DNA of 64,000 bases from an uncultured bacterium (lineage in GTDB: Bacteria; Krumholzibacteriota; Krumholzibacteriia; Krumholzibacteriales; Krumholzibacteriaceae): assembly GCA_963786935.1 (NCBI GenBank), contig CAWBAN010000003.1, forward strand, positions 128,001-192,000, in the 5' to 3' direction. The notes under the pieces were generated by a model, which had not been told where the DNA came from, did not search any database, and worked only from the letters and a program-made list of their open reading frames with translations. Within the stretch, counting starts at the first letter, position 1, and every line of letters begins with the position of its first letter. A program made the translations under genes and the position numbers. This document shows, piece after piece, positions 19,988 through 30,413 of this stretch.

Positions 19988-22660
19988 ATGATTGGCGGCA
20001 ATCTGGGTCGCTATCGAATCCTTGAGCTGATAGGCAAGGGTGGGATGGGCGAGGTATATCTGGCTTTGGATGAACGCCTGCAGCGCAAGGTAGCTATTAA
20101 GATCCTTCCCTCGGATTGTCTGTCTTCCGAGCAGGACCGCAGAAAATTCAGGCACGAGGCGCTCGCTATTTCACGCCTGAATCATTCAAATATAGCGACC
20201 GTTCATGATTTTGATACCTTTGGCGGAGTTGACGCGCTCATTATGGAGCATGTTTCTGGAGGTACCTTGGGCGATATTATCGCCCAGGGTGCGCTGCCGC
20301 TCATGCGCTGCATGGAGCTTGGCGCTCAACTGGCGAGAGGCCTCGAAGCTGCTCACCGGCACGGCGTCGTTCACCGCGATCTCAAGCCGAAGAACATCAA
20401 GGTGACCCCAGAGGGGATCCTCAAGATTCTTGACTTCGGCATCGCCCGGCTTATCAAGTCCGCGACAGCCTGCGCCGCGAGTGAATCTCTCCCGGCGAGC
20501 GAATCCGTCGGCGGGACTCCCTCTTATATGAGCCCGGAGCAAGCAAAGGGGGAGGAGGTAGGCCCGGCGAGCGACCTGTTCAGCCTTGGGCTCGTGCTGT
20601 ATGAGATGGTAACGGGACGCCACGCCTTCGAAGCGGATTACCAAGCCGCCATCATTTACCGGATCGTGCACGATGACCCAGTTGCGCCATCGAAGCTGCG
20701 CCCGGATCTACCTCAGAAGCTCGAATCGCTTATCCTTCGTCTCCTTAGCAAGACGCCGACAGGACGTCCCCGCTCGGCCGGCGAGATTGCTGTGGAGCTC
20801 GAGTCAATGGCCTCACCGACTGGTTTGCCCGCTCGCAAGAACCATAAGCGCGCCTTTCTTTGGAGCAGCCTCTGGGTGGCCGGAGTTCTATTACTCGGAT
20901 CCGCCCTGGCCTACATCTTCAGGCCTGCTGAGGTGTATTCCAGCCGAAGCGGCGAGGGCACTGTCCGGCAGCTTACATTCACGGGCGATGCGAACATTCC
21001 ATCCTGGTCCCCGGATGGAAAGCACATAGCCTTTTGCAGGTCGGACGGTGCGTATGTGGTGCCTGCGAGCGGCGGAGCGGCTCGCAAGCTTGTTTCGTCG
21101 AGCACGACCTGGGTCATTCCATGGGGTTGGACCAACGACGGCAACGCCGTTCTCGCTCACGAACCCATGGGAAGCTCCGGCTACGCTCAGATCGCGCGCC
21201 TGGATATTCTCGGTGCCGATGAGCAAGTTCTGATCGAGAAGGCCACGTTTCCAGCAATGTCGCCGGACGGTCGTACGCTAGCTTTTCTGAATTACGCCGA
21301 TACGAGCATTTCTCTCATGGATATCGCCACCGGGCGAACAACACCGCTCGTCAAACCTGAGAACAAAGATATTGCGGTATACAAGCCCAAGTGGTTTCCT
21401 GGCGGGAAGAGGCTCACTTACATGCGTTGGGCAGGGGGGCCCGGTCATGAGCTATGGACGATCAACCGGGATGGTACTGGCAAGCGTCAGGTGAGCAGCA
21501 ACGGCATCCAGTGGGCGGGGCAGTACAGTATCACCCCTGATGGCCGCAGCGCTCTAATCGGTGGGGAATTGGGGGGAGTCTGGTATGTATGGCGGGTTTC
21601 GCTGGACGGCCAGGATCATGAACGGCTCACCGAGGGAGCTGAGCACGACTGCCATGTCAGCGCGTCTCCGGACGGCAGGAGGTTCGTATTCGGACGCTCC
21701 GTGGACGTGAGTCGCATTGCCCTCTTGGATGCGCAGACGGGAAGTATCGCTTACCCGATCGAGATGAGCGTCAGCAACCGTTACCCGAGCTTCGCGCCGG
21801 ACGGCGGCTCAATCTTCTTTCAGGCGCTTGTCAACGGTCGCTGGCAGGTATGGAGAGGATTTCTTGGCGAGAAGGGCAAGGCAGAACCGGTTCTTGCTCA
21901 GAAAGAGGTTTCGTTCTTCGCTCCCTCGGCAGCCGGCAATGATATTTACCATATCCGTTCGCAAGTCGGTCAGGTTCATATATGGGGTCCGATCAAATGG
22001 TCGCAATCACTTTGGAGGTGCGCGGCGGACGGGGGGCGACCGCGCCAAGTCAGTGCTGAACAGGAAACTGTCAACCGCGTTGCTCCGTCGCCTGGCCCGC
22101 CAGGGCAGGTTCTCTACAGTTGCACAATTCCTTCAACCGCATACGAGACATTGTTTCTCAAGGTTGGGGATTCTGCCCCGACGGTCATCCATAAGGACTC
22201 TGATGGGGACACGTTTGATCTCTTCGATTGGGGGCCGGATGAGAACTCAGTCATCGTGGTGGTTTCAGCCGACCCAAAGACCGGAAAGGATCAAGCTGTC
22301 ATCAGCCTAAACACGCGATCCGAAGCGAGTACACAGTTGCTGACCGCGAACCAGTTGTGCCGGGATCTTGGGACTACGAAGCAAGTCCACATCCAATTGC
22401 TGGCTCTGGCCTCGGATCGTCACCGCCTGGCGCTGGCGCTGAACGTCACGGACTCTGCAGGTAACTCAGGGATCCGTGTGGTCATTCGAGACCTTAGAAA
22501 TGGCGATGAACGCAACGTCTACGTCCCGGCTGTTGGCGAGAGCATCGGGCATATGGTCTGGTCCCCGGACGGCAAACATCTAGCCCTCGAGATTAACCGT
22601 CAGAAGTCGGATATCTTCATGTGGGAGCCTTCTGCTCCGGACCGCGTGGCTTCGCGGTAG
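19988..22660 (+). CDS. Hanks-type Ser/Thr protein kinase with TM segment and TolB/PD40 beta-propeller
   Basis: GKGGMGEVY, VAIK, HRDLKPKN, DFG, GTPSYMSPE, then WSPDG/SPDG repeats. Codon usage is visibly lower in GC than the flanks. Confidence 0.93.
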   Translation: MIGGNLGRYRILELIGKGGMGEVYLALDERLQRKVAIKILPSDCLSSEQDRRKFRHEALAISRLNHSNIATVHDFDTFGGVDALIMEHVSGGTLGDIIAQGALPLMRCMELGAQLARGLEAAHRHGVVHRDLKPKNIKVTPEGILKILDFGIARLIKSATACAASESLPASESVGGTPSYMSPEQAKGEEVGPASDLFSLGLVLYEMVTGRHAFEADYQAAIIYRIVHDDPVAPSKLRPDLPQKLESLILRLLSKTPTGRPRSAGEIAVELESMASPTGLPARKNHKRAFLWSSLWVAGVLLLGSALAYIFRPAEVYSSRSGEGTVRQLTFTGDANIPSWSPDGKHIAFCRSDGAYVVPASGGAARKLVSSSTTWVIPWGWTNDGNAVLAHEPMGSSGYAQIARLDILGADEQVLIEKATFPAMSPDGRTLAFLNYADTSISLMDIATGRTTPLVKPENKDIAVYKPKWFPGGKRLTYMRWAGGPGHELWTINRDGTGKRQVSSNGIQWAGQYSITPDGRSALIGGELGGVWYVWRVSLDGQDHERLTEGAEHDCHVSASPDGRRFVFGRSVDVSRIALLDAQTGSIAYPIEMSVSNRYPSFAPDGGSIFFQALVNGRWQVWRGFLGEKGKAEPVLAQKEVSFFAPSAAGNDIYHIRSQVGQVHIWGPIKWSQSLWRCAADGGRPRQVSAEQETVNRVAPSPGPPGQVLYSCTIPSTAYETLFLKVGDSAPTVIHKDSDGDTFDLFDWGPDENSVIVVVSADPKTGKDQAVISLNTRSEASTQLLTANQLCRDLGTTKQVHIQLLALASDRHRLALALNVTDSAGNSGIRVVIRDLRNGDERNVYVPAVGESIGHMVWSPDGKHLALEINRQKSDIFMWEPSAPDRVASR

Positions 22661-22743
22661 TAGTAGACGATCAAACGAGGGCGATCCTGCTGGACTTCTC
22701 CCAACCAACTTCGCCAAGCTGAAGCTCCATCTTTTGATTTGAA

Positions 22744-22880
22744 ATGGCGGACACGCTCGCAAGGAATTCGGACCTTTGCGGAGATCCCCATTGAGGCGGA
22801 AATTCTGGACACCGGCGCCGTGTCCGTCTCCCGGCAAATCACGGCTCAGGTGTTCCAGCTTCGACGGCTTGGAATGAGCG
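22744..22880 (+). repeat. Degenerate junction element, copy 2
   Basis: atggcggacacgctcgcaaggaattcggacctttgcggagat..., reading WRTRSQGIRTFAEIPIEAEIL. Confidence 0.65.
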
Positions 22881-22961
22881 ATACGTCGACCCGACGGCCG
22901 GAAAGGCCCGCACATGAAGGAAGAACATCACGAAGAAGGCCGGCCCGTTGACAGGAATGGC

Positions 22962-23444
22962 CTACCGCGCGAGCACGAGCTTGGATCGCGCGATAATGCG
23001 TTCGCCGCTCTTGAGGACCGCGAGGTACACGCCGGACGGGAGCGTCGTTCCGCGGCGATCTCTGCCGCTCCAGCGGATCCTCGCCTCGCCGCCGGCGTCG
23101 GCGCGCGCCTCGAGGTCGCAGAGAGAATGCCCGGCGACGTCGTAGATCGAAACGGTGACGATCGCACCCGGCTCGCCCCGCGCGGAGATCTGGGTCTCCG
23201 GGTTGAACGGGTTCGGGCTCGAGGAGAGGGATGGAGATACACGCTCCGGCGCGCCCGGCGCTCCCCCAGAATCGTCTCGCGAGATGGCGTTTCGCCCGTG
23301 GGAGCTATTGACCGCGCCGTTGGAGTGTGATTTTCCCGTGCGGCCGCCGTCTCCGCCGGGCGGGGGAACGTTCGTTATGCGCTCCTCGATCCCGTCAACG
23401 TTGATGTGGCCGAACGGGGAACGTCGTTGTCGGCGATCGTGAGA
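22962..23444 (-). pseudogene. Truncated duplicate of the 3' end (linker + FlgD-like CTD) of 26596..28464
   Basis: Near-identical to about 26596-27073 over the CTD; no start codon; 1-nt indel near 23420. Confidence 0.8.
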
Positions 23445-23462
23445 GAGCCTGCGACTGATGTG

Positions 23463-25259
23463 CTAGCCCCCCATTTCCTCCAGGATCTTCTTCGCCCCCT
23501 GGTTGCGCGGGTTCAGCTCAAGCGATTTCCGGTAGTGCCGGATCGCCTCCTCCTTCCGGCCGGCCTTGAGCAGCGCCTCGCCGAGACTGTCGTGGGCATT
23601 CCAAGAATCCGGGTAGAGCTGGGCGTTCTTCTCGAACACGTAGACGGCGCTCTCGACGTTGCCCGCCTGCAGGAGCTGATAGCCCAGAGCGTTGAAGTCG
23701 TCTTCATCGAAGACCGGCCCCGTGTCCCGCGTGGCCTGCAGATCCTGGAGCGTTTTCTCCGCGGCCGGGATGCCTCCGTCGGCCAGAGCCTGCCCGAAGA
23801 TCGTCGCGGCGGATCCCAGCTTCGCCTTCCGCACCACGAGGCGCGCCCGCTCGATCTGCGGCGCCTCCCAGGGGAACATGGGCTCGACGGACTTCACCTG
23901 CGCCAGCGCCGCCTCGGCCGCTGGCACGTCTCCGGCGCCCGCATAGGTCCGAGCCAGCATGGCGTACGCAGCCGCCAGCTTGGGGAAATCCTCTCGAACA
24001 GCCTGCAACAGGCCGATCGCTGCCGGGTATTGCTTGCTCCCGAGGTATCGATCGGCGAGCTGCATCGCCTCGTCCGCGCCGAAGAAGGCCGTGTCGGCGT
24101 CGGCTGCGCGCGCCCGGCTCAGCGCGGCGATCGCGGCCTCGACGTGCTGCTCGCGGATGCCGCGCGCGTACTCGTCGACAAGGGACGTCTTCACGGCCGT
24201 GAGGCTCGCGACCTCGTTCTGCGGCTTCGGCGCGCCCCGTTCCAACAGCAGCTGCGCGAACTCGAGCTGCCGATCCGTCCCCGCCGCGATCTCCGCCGGC
24301 GTGTCCAGGACGCGAAGATCGGGGGGGATGCCGAGCCCGTCCCAACAGATGCCTTCGGGATTCCTGGTCACCTTGAACGCGACCCACAGCGTCCAGCCGT
24401 TCGGAAGGCGGTCCGGGAACTGGGACGATAACGCCCCCTCGGTCAGGTCGCCGACGACGGTGACGTGGGGCAGTACCCGCATGGCCAGCGTGAACCCCTC
24501 GGGGCCGCTGGCGGTGTGCCGGTGGACCAGCAGAACCACCGGCCGGGTGAATTGGATCGGGCCGCCCGGCGCGACGGCGCTGTACTCCGGGGGAAAGAGG
24601 TCGCCGTGTTTCGGGCCATAGCGTGTCTGGGACTGCATGTATTGCCGCCGGCGATCGGCGAAGCGGTTCGCCACGATCTCATGGTTGCGGCCGGAGCCGC
24701 CCGGGTTGTCCCGCACATCGATGACCAAAGCCCGGGCGCCCGCGAACTCGCTCAGGAAACTGTCGATGGCCTGCGCGTGCGGCTCGCTGCCGCCTTTGAG
24801 GTCGGCGATGTGGAGATAGCCGATCTGGTCGGTCAGCCAGCCGGACGTGTAGGTGCCTTCTCGGGCAGCGGACGACTTGCCGTGCAGGTACTTCATCTTC
24901 ACCAGGTCCAGCGAGAAGTCCTTGGCATGGGCGTATTCCTCGGTGCTGCCGCCGCAGATGCGTCGTTTTCCGTCGGCCAGGCAGACGTGGGCGTCATTGA
25001 GGGTTCCCAGCATGGTAACCAGGATGTCCCACAGCTCCTCGTCCGTGGTTGCAGCCGTGACCTGCGGGCGGTACATCCGGTAGAGCATGTCCCAGTCGAC
25101 ATTCCTGACGCTGAACTGGCCGTAGGTCCGGTCGATGGAATGCCAGACGTATTCGAAGTTCAATTGAGGGTCGTGCGGGTCGCCGGCCGGCTCTTCGCCG
25201 CGGGCGGCAGCGGGAACGGACAGGGCAAGCACGATCAGGAGCACGATGAGGCGCGTCAT
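23463..25259 (-). CDS. Exported S41 family peptidase with C-terminal TPRs
   Basis: Tricorn C1-like LNDAH, IDVRDNPGG, TASGPE, VVGDLTEG, GIPPD; TPRs (FNALGY..., NAHDSLGEA). Confidence 0.88.
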   Translation of the reverse strand: MTRLIVLLIVLALSVPAAARGEEPAGDPHDPQLNFEYVWHSIDRTYGQFSVRNVDWDMLYRMYRPQVTAATTDEELWDILVTMLGTLNDAHVCLADGKRRICGGSTEEYAHAKDFSLDLVKMKYLHGKSSAAREGTYTSGWLTDQIGYLHIADLKGGSEPHAQAIDSFLSEFAGARALVIDVRDNPGGSGRNHEIVANRFADRRRQYMQSQTRYGPKHGDLFPPEYSAVAPGGPIQFTRPVVLLVHRHTASGPEGFTLAMRVLPHVTVVGDLTEGALSSQFPDRLPNGWTLWVAFKVTRNPEGICWDGLGIPPDLRVLDTPAEIAAGTDRQLEFAQLLLERGAPKPQNEVASLTAVKTSLVDEYARGIREQHVEAAIAALSRARAADADTAFFGADEAMQLADRYLGSKQYPAAIGLLQAVREDFPKLAAAYAMLARTYAGAGDVPAAEAALAQVKSVEPMFPWEAPQIERARLVVRKAKLGSAATIFGQALADGGIPAAEKTLQDLQATRDTGPVFDEDDFNALGYQLLQAGNVESAVYVFEKNAQLYPDSWNAHDSLGEALLKAGRKEEAIRHYRKSLELNPRNQGAKKILEEMGG

Positions 25260-25480
25260 GTTTCCACGCTCCCTTCAGAGGTAGGGGTGGCGGTCAACGG
25301 ATTCTCAGAGACTTATGCAATCTACGCATTGAGCGGGGAAAAGGTTGCGCCGCCAGTCGAGGCGGGACCATCCAGAAAGAAGCGACATCTCGTTCCGCCG
25401 GAACCCTATGCGCTCCGGCCGGGTATAACCTCCAAGCAGATCCGACGAGCGAACGCGTGACCAAGTCAAGGAGCGGAAAG

Positions 25481-26449
25481 ATGAGAACACGACTCGCGAA
25501 GAGAGTCATCGTCGCCGCGGTGGCGTCGGCCGCCGTCATTGCGGTCGCGCTGCATGTCGTCCCTCTGGCTCGGCATCGCGGCCAGAATGTGTCCCAGGGC
25601 AGGCAGTGGGCCGGTCTCTTGAAAAAGCACTCCTCTTTTTCGGCTCGACCCGCGGCCGGCACTGCCGAAGTCGCTTTTTCTTACGCCGCTCCTACGGATG
25701 AAAACCTCACGAAACTGCGCCTCACGTACCGTCTGGATGAGGTCGCCGGCAACGGTCCCGAAACCGAACGCCTCATCAATCTCATGCGCTGGGTCCATGG
25801 GCTGGGGGGGCACGCCAACAACCCCGAGATTCCCGAAAAACTGAATGCGCTGAATCTGGTTCCTTTGGCCCAGGATCAACACATGCCGATGAACTGTTTC
25901 ATGAAGACGATTATCCTGAACGAGGTCTACCTGGCCATGGGATTCGAATCCCGCCAAACCCACCTGCTCCCCGCCGAGAACGAGAAAGAGGAGAGCCATG
26001 TCGTCACCTCGGTCTATTCCCGCACGCTCGGGCGGTGGATATTCATGGACCCGGATTTCGGCGTCTATGCGACGGACGATCAAGGGGCCATTCTGGGGGT
26101 CACGGAGATCCGCGGCCGCTTGATCGCAGGCCGACGGGTGGAGGTCACGGACATCGACCCGGCGCCGGGGGTTCTGGCCGGAGCGTGGTCGCAGGTCCAG
26201 TGCTTCGCCTCCGGCACGGACTATCTCTGGTACCTGAAGAAGAACATCTTCAAGATCCAGTGCCCACAGAACAGCCAGTTCAACCTGCGCTCCCTGCCAA
26301 ACAGGGTCTATGTCGAATTGATCCCTGACGGTTACCGCGAGGAGCTTTTGCGGGCTCCCGAGATCACCCCGCGAGGAAATACCATCGTCTTCACTAACGA
26401 CGAAGGCCTGTTCTGGCAGAAGCCTCAAGGAGTTGCCTCGGGTCTTTGA
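25481..26449 (+). CDS. Transglutaminase-like domain protein
   Basis: N-terminal anchor; candidate Cys-His-Asp triad MNCF, SHVV, WIFMDP. Confidence 0.75.
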   Translation: MRTRLAKRVIVAAVASAAVIAVALHVVPLARHRGQNVSQGRQWAGLLKKHSSFSARPAAGTAEVAFSYAAPTDENLTKLRLTYRLDEVAGNGPETERLINLMRWVHGLGGHANNPEIPEKLNALNLVPLAQDQHMPMNCFMKTIILNEVYLAMGFESRQTHLLPAENEKEESHVVTSVYSRTLGRWIFMDPDFGVYATDDQGAILGVTEIRGRLIAGRRVEVTDIDPAPGVLAGAWSQVQCFASGTDYLWYLKKNIFKIQCPQNSQFNLRSLPNRVYVELIPDGYREELLRAPEITPRGNTIVFTNDEGLFWQKPQGVASGL

Positions 26450-26595
26450 GCCCGAGCGGGTCCCTCGATGTGCTCTTCGACGATTTCGAGGGCCCGGGCC
26501 ACGATCCCCCGGGAGCGGTGGTGCCGCGCGACCACGGCGTCGACGCAGCCGTCGCCGCTCTGAACCGGGCGCGCGACGCCGCTGACGAGAATCGC

Positions 26596-28464
26596 CTACC
26601 GCGCGAGCACGAGCTTGGATCGCGCGATGATGCGTTCGCCGCTCTTGAGGACCGCGAGGTACACGCCGGACGGGAGCATCGTTCCGCGGCGATCTCTGCC
26701 GTTCCAGCGGATCCTCGCCTCGCCGCCGGCGTCGGTGCGCGCCTCGAGGTCGCAGAGAGAATGCCCGGCGACGTCGTAGATCGAAACGGTGACGATCGCA
26801 CCCGGCTCGCCGCGCGCGGAGATCTCGGTCTCCGGGTTGAACGGGTTCGGGCTTGAGGAGAGAGAGGGGGAGATATGCTCCGGCGCGCCCGGCTCTCCCG
26901 AGGAGACGCCTCCCGGGGCAAAGCCGGCGGAGCTCCTGGTCGCGCCGTCGGCGTGTGACTTTCCCGTGTGCCCTGAGTTTCCGCCGGGCACGGGGACGTT
27001 CGTCGTACGTTCCTCGATCCCGTCAACGTTGATGTGACCGAACGGGGATACGCAGTTGTCGACGATCGTGAGATAGACGGACCTACCCCGGTAAGGGGTG
27101 AGGTCCCAGAACCGTTCATCCATTCGGTCGGTGTTCTTCCCCGTTTCCCGGCACAGGATGGCGCCGTTCGCCGCGTCGCAGAGGGCGACATAGCACGAGT
27201 CGGGATAGTTGCCGCCGCCGACGAGGAGCCTCATCGAGGAACCGGTGACGGTGAACGCCTCCGATCGGATCGCGCCGCGGGCCGACTCCCCCTGGATGTC
27301 CCCCGGACGGGGGCCCGAGATCGGTCCGTTGAACCGTTCATAGGTGCCGATCCACCAGTTTCCCTCGAAGCCGATCGTCGTCGTGAAATCCCCGCGAAAA
27401 CGCGGGTTGTCGCCGAACACCGGCTGACCGTAGAACGCGGTGCCCCAGAGGATCTTCCATCCGCCGAGGAGATTGGTCAATTGCACGTACGGCTGGTCTC
27501 CATGCCACACAAGCGTGTCGAGGCGTATCGAGCTCACGGGCTCGGCGGCGGTAACGTACTTCGTATGCCGCGAGAAGAGAGCGCGGTCGTTGCCGAGATC
27601 GAGCAGCTCGGACGCGGCCCCGAGGTCGATGATCGTCCGCGTCGAGATGTTCCACCCCGAGCGCAGCGAATCGGACGACATGTGCGAGATGCCCTCAGTC
27701 GTCTCTTCGGTGAAAAAGAGATGGTAGCGGTCGTTCCGTTTCATGAGGAATACGCTCTCGATCGCGTGCCAGTTGTCGGCCACGTAGATGGGACCCGCGT
27801 CGTGCCACGTGATGAAGTCTGTCGACGTGGCGAGCGCGATAGCCCCCTTCCAGGCCCACGTATGCGCCGTATGGACCAGGTAACAGGTGTTGTTCTCCCT
27901 GAAGAATCCGGGGTCGCGGTAGTTCGACCACTGGTTTTCGTACCAGTACATCCAGGACGTGTCGCCGTGAAACGGGGGGTAGGATGCGCTCGGAGCCTTA
28001 TAGAATGTCTTGAGATCGCTGGTCATCGCGAAGCCCATACGTTGCGCCCAGTACGTGTTGATCCCCGTGTAGTACATGATGAAAAACCGGGGATCCAACG
28101 GATAGTGGACCACCGTCGGCGCCCAGATTGCCACGGCATCCCAGGTTTCCGGCCCCGGGAAAAGCACGTCCGGCTGCCTCGTCCAGTGCCTGAGGTCGGG
28201 GGAGGTCGCATGACCGAAGCTCTTCTCCAGCCCATTGCTCGCGACAACGATGAAGTAGAGATGGAACGTGCCGTCGACGAGGATGAGGGAGTGATCCTTG
28301 ACGATCTCCCCGGGCCGGTAGTACACGGGGCCTTCGAAGTCATACGTTACCGCGCTCCGGGCAATCCCGGGCGCGAGCGCGGCGGCCGCGACGATGAAGA
28401 GAAGAAAGCCTGCGAAGAGTGCGCTTGTGCTTCTCGGCGGTTTTGCGTTTCGCTGCGTATCCAA
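26596..28464 (-). CDS. Secreted GH32/GH43-like five-blade propeller glycosidase with FlgD-like CTD
   Basis: KDH, GHATSPDLRHW, WAP, YRDP, IES motifs; FGHINVD module; PNPFNP...SGVYL...KLVLAR tail. Confidence 0.8.
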   Translation of the reverse strand: MDTQRNAKPPRSTSALFAGFLLFIVAAAALAPGIARSAVTYDFEGPVYYRPGEIVKDHSLILVDGTFHLYFIVVASNGLEKSFGHATSPDLRHWTRQPDVLFPGPETWDAVAIWAPTVVHYPLDPRFFIMYYTGINTYWAQRMGFAMTSDLKTFYKAPSASYPPFHGDTSWMYWYENQWSNYRDPGFFRENNTCYLVHTAHTWAWKGAIALATSTDFITWHDAGPIYVADNWHAIESVFLMKRNDRYHLFFTEETTEGISHMSSDSLRSGWNISTRTIIDLGAASELLDLGNDRALFSRHTKYVTAAEPVSSIRLDTLVWHGDQPYVQLTNLLGGWKILWGTAFYGQPVFGDNPRFRGDFTTTIGFEGNWWIGTYERFNGPISGPRPGDIQGESARGAIRSEAFTVTGSSMRLLVGGGNYPDSCYVALCDAANGAILCRETGKNTDRMDERFWDLTPYRGRSVYLTIVDNCVSPFGHINVDGIEERTTNVPVPGGNSGHTGKSHADGATRSSAGFAPGGVSSGEPGAPEHISPSLSSSPNPFNPETEISARGEPGAIVTVSIYDVAGHSLCDLEARTDAGGEARIRWNGRDRRGTMLPSGVYLAVLKSGERIIARSKLVLAR

Positions 28465-28615
28465 TGGATGTCGTCCTTTTCGCCGTCGGTGACGCGAAGT
28501 ACGTGCTGTACGGGAGTGTCGCTCCGCAACCGTAAAGCGGCTGAACGTATCCTATCATGCGCTCCTCGATCCCGTCAATCGGCGAATCGCGCCTGAAGCT
28601 CTCATGTTCGCCGCC

Positions 28616-30124
28616 CTACTCCCCGAGCACCGAGAACCGCCCGACCTTCTCCGCCGATTTGTGTGTTTTCCGGTCGGTCACCCTCACCAACAGCTCAAAT
28701 GCCCCTTCCCAAAGGTTGTTCGTCTCGATCTGGAGACGCTGCGTCTGCCGTGGTCCTATGCCGCCCGACTCGAAAGAGGATGTTACGACGTTCCCTCCGC
28801 GGTTCCTTCCGCCCTGCCCGCTTTTCCGGGGAACGATTGTATACTCCACGCGATACAACGAGCGTCCATTGCGGTCGGTGCTGAGGCCGTATATCTCGAA
28901 GTACAGCGTGAGGGGAAACGGGATCCTGTATGCGTGGATCGGGTGCGGCACGATCTCGAGACCATCCCGCACGAATGCGTTCGGCCGGGTGGCTTCTCGA
29001 ATGCTGCTCGCGAAGCGGATGTCGCTGATATCCGGTGTGCCGCTGAGACCGGAAACCGAAATGTCCGCATTGAGAACCGCCCTGCGCCGAGAATGGCTGT
29101 CGCGGGCTGCGATGGCGAGAGAATAGAAACCGGGTTTGAGCGCAAGAGCGATGCGCGCCGGCACGAGGTGAGACCGCTCGGCAGTCGAGTTCTGCACAGC
29201 GACTCGAACGGTGTCGATAGCCCTCGCCACGGGATTCAGCGATCGGTCGCGCGCGAGGACGCTGATCTCCACTTCTCCGGAGAGGATTCCGTTCGTTTCG
29301 ACGAGACCGATCTCCTTCATGGGGATCTCGAAGCATACGTCGGTCATGAGCGAATCCATCGATGTTCGACACGTCACAATGTCGAAATAGAGCGTCAGCG
29401 CGTCCTCGAGGTCACATGAATAGACCGATTGGCGCGTATCTCGCCAGGTGAAAAAGTTATTGAGCAGCTTGAGAAGTTTCTCGCGCTCAATAGCCCCGAT
29501 GAGATTCTGCGCTTGGGCTTCCCATCTCGCGATGTCCACATCGGCCGTATAGTCGATATTGTCCGGTTCCAAGGGGCCAGGCCTGCTCGCTGCCTTCACC
29601 GCGTTCATGGCGAACGTGTATTGGTCGCTATGATTGAGATCCTCAAAATTCACGACCATGGCGAGTTTTTCGTAATACCAGATTTCGCCGGGTGGATAGG
29701 CCCCGCCGAAGGTGACTTCCCCCTGGAATTCTTGCCGATAGTCGGGCAATCCGAATCGGATGAGCGTTTCGCCTCGGGCATCCCACCCCGGAGCTTCTCG
29801 CTTGGGGAACATGTTTCTCGCGAGCTCGACGCGCTGATCATGCTCGATGCGCCGTTCGTTCTTCGCGGTTCCGGGCGTCGGATCGAGGCCGATCCAAAAA
29901 CGCTCGATCCAGGCTCGCCTCTCCTTCGGTGTTCGCCGCGAAAGGTACATCCGTCGCTCCAGATCCGACAGTGCGTAGCGGAGGCTGTGCCATTCGAGCT
30001 GTTCTTCCATCGTGAGGCGTAGCACGAGGATCCCCTCATCTTCATCGACGGCGGAACACATAATGCCGGAACCGGTCGGAATGAGGATAAGCGCGACGAA
30101 GCACAGAAGGAGAATTCCTCGCAT
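28616..30124 (-). CDS. GWxTD-domain protein
   Basis: FW..LDPTPGT.KNE...EH..R, GWDARG..LIRFG.PD, EIWYY; signal peptide from 30124. Confidence 0.8.
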   Translation of the reverse strand: MRGILLLCFVALILIPTGSGIMCSAVDEDEGILVLRLTMEEQLEWHSLRYALSDLERRMYLSRRTPKERRAWIERFWIGLDPTPGTAKNERRIEHDQRVELARNMFPKREAPGWDARGETLIRFGLPDYRQEFQGEVTFGGAYPPGEIWYYEKLAMVVNFEDLNHSDQYTFAMNAVKAASRPGPLEPDNIDYTADVDIARWEAQAQNLIGAIEREKLLKLLNNFFTWRDTRQSVYSCDLEDALTLYFDIVTCRTSMDSLMTDVCFEIPMKEIGLVETNGILSGEVEISVLARDRSLNPVARAIDTVRVAVQNSTAERSHLVPARIALALKPGFYSLAIAARDSHSRRRAVLNADISVSGLSGTPDISDIRFASSIREATRPNAFVRDGLEIVPHPIHAYRIPFPLTLYFEIYGLSTDRNGRSLYRVEYTIVPRKSGQGGRNRGGNVVTSSFESGGIGPRQTQRLQIETNNLWEGAFELLVRVTDRKTHKSAEKVGRFSVLGE

Positions 30125-30280
30125 GTTCTGTTGCTCCAGCCTCGTCAGAAGTTGAATGTGGTGGGTAATGGGAAAATAACGTTTCGATCGCTGAAGATCA
30201 AGAAGGTTCATAGTCCAAGAGGAGTGGCTTCGGAGCAGGTTCAATCCATCGAATCAGGCAGATGGCCCGAATTCTCTGCG

Positions 30281-30360
30281 ATGGCGGACGCGCTCGCGAA
30301 GAATTCGTACCTTTGCGGAGATGCCCTTCGAGGCCGCGATTCCGGACAGAGACGCGCCGC
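30281..30360 (+). repeat. Degenerate junction element, copy 3
   Basis: atggcggacgcgctcgcgaagaattcgtacctttgcggagatgcccttcgaggc aligns with 22744-22810. Confidence 0.65.
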
Positions 30361-30413
30361 CCGGCGGCCGCCCGCGCGGCGGCTCGGGGCATCCGCACGG
30401 CCATCGTTGCGCC

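Noticed and set aside
22744..22774. tRNA gene or fragment on the minus strand
   Set aside because: Only a loose 3'-end resemblance; spacing is about 5 nt too long and no cloverleaf forms.
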